Origin: an uncultured Acidobacteriota bacterium
GTDB lineage: Bacteria > Acidobacteriota > UBA6911
Reading direction: 5' to 3'
Length of the DNA stretch: 64,000 nucleotides
Assembly: GCA_963809485.1 (NCBI GenBank)
Contig: CAWEJX010000020.1
Coordinates: 1-64,000, forward strand
Part shown: piece after piece, positions 60,214 through 64,000 of the stretch
Layout of the letters: each line of letters begins with the position of its first letter
How positions within the stretch are numbered: the stretch's first letter is position 1
Program-made: the position numbers and the translations under genes
The notes under the pieces: model-generated
Told to the model about the DNA's origin: nothing
Databases searched by the model: none
What the model saw: the letters and a program-made list of their open reading frames with translations, nothing else

Positions 60214-60324
60214 AGCCGGCGCCGGCGCATTTTTCAGCGTAAGTCGGCGTTACCAGACTCCGGAACCGTCAAATCGCGTGAGTTCCCCGGCATAGCCGGG
60301 CAACTGCCAATGCCCTATCGCGAA

Positions 60325-61605
60325 TCATTGTGTCTGCAGAGACGGGTGTTTGGGCGGTTTTGCAAGGAGAAGGCAAAAGAAAGCGATCACCATCAAACCA
60401 AAAAACAGCTGGAACGCAGGAATATAGCTGCCTGTTCGATCACGGATGTATCCGGCGATAGGAGCTCCGAGGCTGCTGATGAAGGTATTGAAGGGCATAG
60501 TGTAGCCCATAATTTTGGCAAATTCCGTTCTACCGAAAAAATCGGGGAAGATGTTTCCCATGGCTATGGACGTTATTCCCTGGCTAATGCCGAAGACGAT
60601 GGAATAGGCGAGCACCAGCGGGAGAGAATGCGCAAACATCAGGAAGGAGAAACCAAGCAATCCCAGGACCATCGAAAACAAAGCCAGGGAATACATATTG
60701 AAACGGAGTCCCAGGAAGCCTATGCCCAGCTGGCTGATCCCCATTACGGCGGAAAAGACTCCTCCAACCATGCCTGCAGTGACGGCTGAGATGCCGAGGT
60801 CGAATTGGAAAGCGATGATGTGCGTCCCGACACCGAGCGCGACAAGAAACCCCAGGGCGCCATAGGCGACCAGCAACCACAGAGTCCGGGTGCGCAAAGC
60901 CTCTTTGGCTGTAAAATCCACGGGAGTCCTATAGAGGTGTTTCGGCGCCGGGCCGTCGGGTATCGCCTTGCCCTGTCTGGTTGTTCCGGGTCCGTCCGGA
61001 ACCTGGCCGATATCTTCAGGCTTGTTGATAAGCAGCAATCCCGGCAGGACCACGCAGAATATCAATCCGGCGGCGGCCAGGAGGAGATATGTATTTCTCC
61101 ACCCCACGGTTCCAATCAGGGCCATCATGGACGGATTGATAATGACGCCTGAAAAACCCATTGACGCCATGGACACGCTCAATGCCACGGTTCGTTTCAT
61201 TATGAACCAGTTGTTTATCAGCGTCATCGATGCCAGCATGCCGCCGAGGCTCGTGCCCAGCCCGAGAAGGACGCCAACTCCTACATAGAGGTGCCAGATT
61301 TGAGTCTGAAACGCCAGCAGCACCAGGCCCGCGATGCTCATGATGTTACCCAAAACAATGGCCAATTTTGTCCCGCGTTTCATAATAAAGATTGCCACCA
61401 GGGGAGCCCCGACGCCCGACAGGATTATGGATAAGGTGGAAGCTCCCGATGCAAATCCCCGGCTCCAGCCGAATTCCTTGACCCAGAAGGGCAGGAAAAA
61501 CGAAAAAGCCATCAGCATCGGCATCAGCGCGACATTGAAGAAAAACAAGACAGCAAGATTTGTCCAACCGTAGAATCCATCTTTACTCAGTCTTTTTGAA
61601 ACCAT
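60325..61605 (-). CDS. MFS transporter
   Basis: About 12 hydrophobic segments; FYGW, EFGWSR, NNWF..KR, GYIRDRTGSY. Confidence 0.9.
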   Translation of the reverse strand: MVSKRLSKDGFYGWTNLAVLFFFNVALMPMLMAFSFFLPFWVKEFGWSRGFASGASTLSIILSGVGAPLVAIFIMKRGTKLAIVLGNIMSIAGLVLLAFQTQIWHLYVGVGVLLGLGTSLGGMLASMTLINNWFIMKRTVALSVSMASMGFSGVIINPSMMALIGTVGWRNTYLLLAAAGLIFCVVLPGLLLINKPEDIGQVPDGPGTTRQGKAIPDGPAPKHLYRTPVDFTAKEALRTRTLWLLVAYGALGFLVALGVGTHIIAFQFDLGISAVTAGMVGGVFSAVMGISQLGIGFLGLRFNMYSLALFSMVLGLLGFSFLMFAHSLPLVLAYSIVFGISQGITSIAMGNIFPDFFGRTEFAKIMGYTMPFNTFISSLGAPIAGYIRDRTGSYIPAFQLFFGLMVIAFFCLLLAKPPKHPSLQTQ

Positions 61606-61841
61606 ATCGTTGGTCTCCAACTGAATGAGAAGCTCAAACCAGCGCCTCACAGTGCATCGACGCAAAGAAGCGCATGAATCCACAGGATGCATCCAATCGC
61701 TGTCACCAATGCCCGGGATTTATGTTTCGAGCTTATAGGGCATTACGCCCGAAGACACAAGCATAAAACCGGATGAAAATGATAATATTTTCCCGGACTG
61801 GTCTGCCAAACTCTGTGCGTTCCCCTGCAGGATTTGGGTGT

Positions 61842-61874
61842 TCAGGCACCTCCGGGCAAAGCCGGAGGCTTGAG
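61842..61874. mobile_element. Isolated end of the IS200/IS605-type element
   Basis: TCAGGCACCTCCGGGCAAAGCCGGAGGCTTGA matches the end at 21682 and 40197. Confidence 0.6.
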
Positions 61875-62410
61875 AAGATGCCGGGCCAAGCGATTCTACC
61901 GGTATCTGGACAAGAAACGATAAGGTCTTCGAATACCGACATTTCGACTGTACGACGCGGCAGAATGTCGAAATCTCGTCATTCAGAATTCGACATTCTG
62001 CGCGTTCAGATGCTGCAGCAGATATTTATCGGCGCATGAATCTCAACTTATTCATTTACTGTTTGCATCGGACTCCCTGAGATCGCCGACAAACCGTGAG
62101 GTTCCCGGATCCTTAGGTACGGATTTCTGCCAGGTCCGACTATCGGCCCTGCGGCGCTCTGTCCTCGACGTCCGCCGTCAGTTTGTGATACAAACACGCA
62201 GCTTTATGTTATTTGGGCAAAATCTATCGATCTGCACGCCTGCGGACGGCTTGAAGAGCCGTCCGCATAACGGCGCGGCCGTCTTATGAATTCGCATCCA
62301 TTTGGTTGCAACCACCCGGCCGCGCCGCGTAAACTGCATCGAAAATTTTTTTCTTGCCGGTGCGCAAAGATAACGCGCCGGCTCATTGTTTTTCCGATAG
62401 CGCGGGTAGC

Positions 62411-63880
62411 ATGACATTATTTCATCCCGGTTCTTCCTGGTCCCAGAGAGTCGCACACGCCGGAATCTGGTCCTTCGCGCTTCACTTTTCGGAACAGCTT
62501 TTTGTTTTCGGCCGCGTCTTCGTGGTGGCCGTGCTGTTGTCTCCCAGGGATTTCGGCCTCTACAATATGGCGACGATCACCTTCATAGCCCTGGACGCCC
62601 TTTCCAGGACCGGCTTCGAGCAGGCTTTGATCCAGAAGAAGGAGGATATCCGGCCCTACCTCGAGGTTGCCTGGACAGTCCGCTGCGTGCGGGGTCTGCT
62701 GCTGGCGCTGTTTCTCTTTATGGCGGCTCCCTGGGTAAGCGCTTTCTTCAAAGAGCCCGACGCCCTGGCGTTTGTCCGTGCCATCGGGCTCTCCTTTGTT
62801 TTTCAGGGATTCATCAATATTGGCGTCGTAACCTTTCAGAAAAACCTCGAGTTTCACAAAGAGTTTGCCTATCGTTTCAGCGGCGCGTGCATGGACCTGG
62901 TGGTCACGGTCACGGCCGCTTTGTGGCTTCGCAACACGTGGGCGCTTGTCGTCGGCTACCTTGCGGCGGACCTGACTCGCATGCTGGTGTCTTACTGGAT
63001 CCATCCCTTCAGGCCAAGACTTCGCTTCGAGTTTGGCAAGGTCAAAGAGATGCTGAGCTACGGGATATGGATACTCTTTTTCGGCGTTGCGGTGGTCGCC
63101 GGCGAAAACGGAGCCGGCATCATTATCGGCAGGATCCTGGGAGCCGCCGCCCTGGGATATTTTCAGCTTGCCAACCGCATCACAAGTCTGGCGGTAAGGC
63201 AACTCGGCATCACCATACACCGGGTAGCTTTCCCGGCCTATTCCGAACTGCAGGATTCCGCGGAACGCCTGCGCGAGGCTTATGGGAAAATAGCAGGATT
63301 TTCGGCGGCCATTTCGATTCCGGCCGCAGTGGGCATATTTTGTATGGGCCGGGATTTTACCAGAATCTTTCTCGGGACCAAATGGATGCCCATGGTCCCC
63401 GTACTGCTGATACTCTCCTTGTCCAGCCTTATCGTTTCCATCGTCTGGACCGGGCGCCCGGTCTTCATGGGAAGAGGTCGTCCGGATATTGCCTTTTACA
63501 TGCAGTTGGCCACATGCGCAACACTCTTCAGCCTGATTTATCCCTTCTCGCACCGTTGGGGGATTAGGGGGGGCGCGCTTGCGATGCTCTTGAGCAGTGC
63601 CGCAGCCATGGCAGTATGGTATTGGAACATCAGGCCGCAGATGGGAATCGGGGGAAAAACTCTGGCTTTGATTTTCTCCCCTGCCCTGATCGCAGCTCTT
63701 CTCATGGCGGGTGCGCTTGCCGGACTGCGGGCGCTCACTCTCCCCCTGGTCCCCGACCTGCAAAGCTGGAACATCGTATGGTTCGCAGGCATGATTCTGC
63801 TCGGAATCGTCATTTACCTGGGCGCATTATTTCTTATCCGGCGCCGCCCGCCGGCTTTCGGGCCTTTTGATGTTCTGTAA
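62411..63880 (+). CDS. WzxC-like polysaccharide flippase
   Basis: LLSPRDFG, GFEQALIQ, IIGRILGAAALGYF, AFPAYS, FLGTKW. Confidence 0.9.
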   Translation: MTLFHPGSSWSQRVAHAGIWSFALHFSEQLFVFGRVFVVAVLLSPRDFGLYNMATITFIALDALSRTGFEQALIQKKEDIRPYLEVAWTVRCVRGLLLALFLFMAAPWVSAFFKEPDALAFVRAIGLSFVFQGFINIGVVTFQKNLEFHKEFAYRFSGACMDLVVTVTAALWLRNTWALVVGYLAADLTRMLVSYWIHPFRPRLRFEFGKVKEMLSYGIWILFFGVAVVAGENGAGIIIGRILGAAALGYFQLANRITSLAVRQLGITIHRVAFPAYSELQDSAERLREAYGKIAGFSAAISIPAAVGIFCMGRDFTRIFLGTKWMPMVPVLLILSLSSLIVSIVWTGRPVFMGRGRPDIAFYMQLATCATLFSLIYPFSHRWGIRGGALAMLLSSAAAMAVWYWNIRPQMGIGGKTLALIFSPALIAALLMAGALAGLRALTLPLVPDLQSWNIVWFAGMILLGIVIYLGALFLIRRRPPAFGPFDVL

Positions 63881-63962
63881 AATTTGAGGTCTTCTCCAGG
63901 CTTGACGCAATGCCGCCTCACACCCCACGCTCGTCTCTTGGATGCCCATCTTTGCCTTGTTT

Positions 63963-63994
63963 GTCAGCGTGTGTCAGCGTTTTTGTCAGCGTTA
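63963..63994 (+). repeat. TCAGCG-type short-period array
   Basis: TCAGCGT at 63964, 63974, 63986. Confidence 0.7.
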
Positions 63995-64000
63995 AATGAT

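Noticed and set aside
53317-64000. Genomic island integrated at tRNA-Val
   Set aside because: The accessory genes lie on the 5' side of the tRNA, and no integrase or duplicated tRNA end was seen.

Overview
A GC-rich bacterial chromosome segment, most likely from an anaerobic Acidobacteriota lineage (inferred from the carboxypeptidase-domain TonB receptor, the membrane Ser/Thr kinase and the giant secreted kelch protein). The housekeeping core holds purL-purQ, ppk2, dnaG-rpoD, rpsO-pnp-larB, xseA-xseB-ispA-tlyA-nadK, maf, dacB, AlaX, hslVU, transaldolase, folC and two tRNAs. The left accessory region holds a PaoABC-like molybdoenzyme operon, an IS1-family element beside a tRNA(CAT), a divergent PurM, an orphan glycyl radical enzyme and a three-gene secreted metalloprotease operon. 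The right accessory region holds a truncated kinase, cupin, tannase, UroD-like protein, MFS transporter and Wzx flippase. Intergenic DNA is dense in small repeat elements: gene-less IS200/IS605-type ends carrying long hairpins, REP-like palindromes, inverted heptamer arrays and a TCAGCG motif repeated at about 10-12 bp spacing at nine loci. Six consecutive-region genes at about 36-42.6 kb are frameshifted, most likely from sequencing or assembly error. The best novelty candidates are the TIMP/NTR-like plus matrixin plus PPC-lipoprotein operon, the orphan GCQE-type glycyl radical enzyme, the helically phased repeat family and the hairpin-carrying IS200-like elements. No database searches could be run, so all family calls rest on motif recognition.
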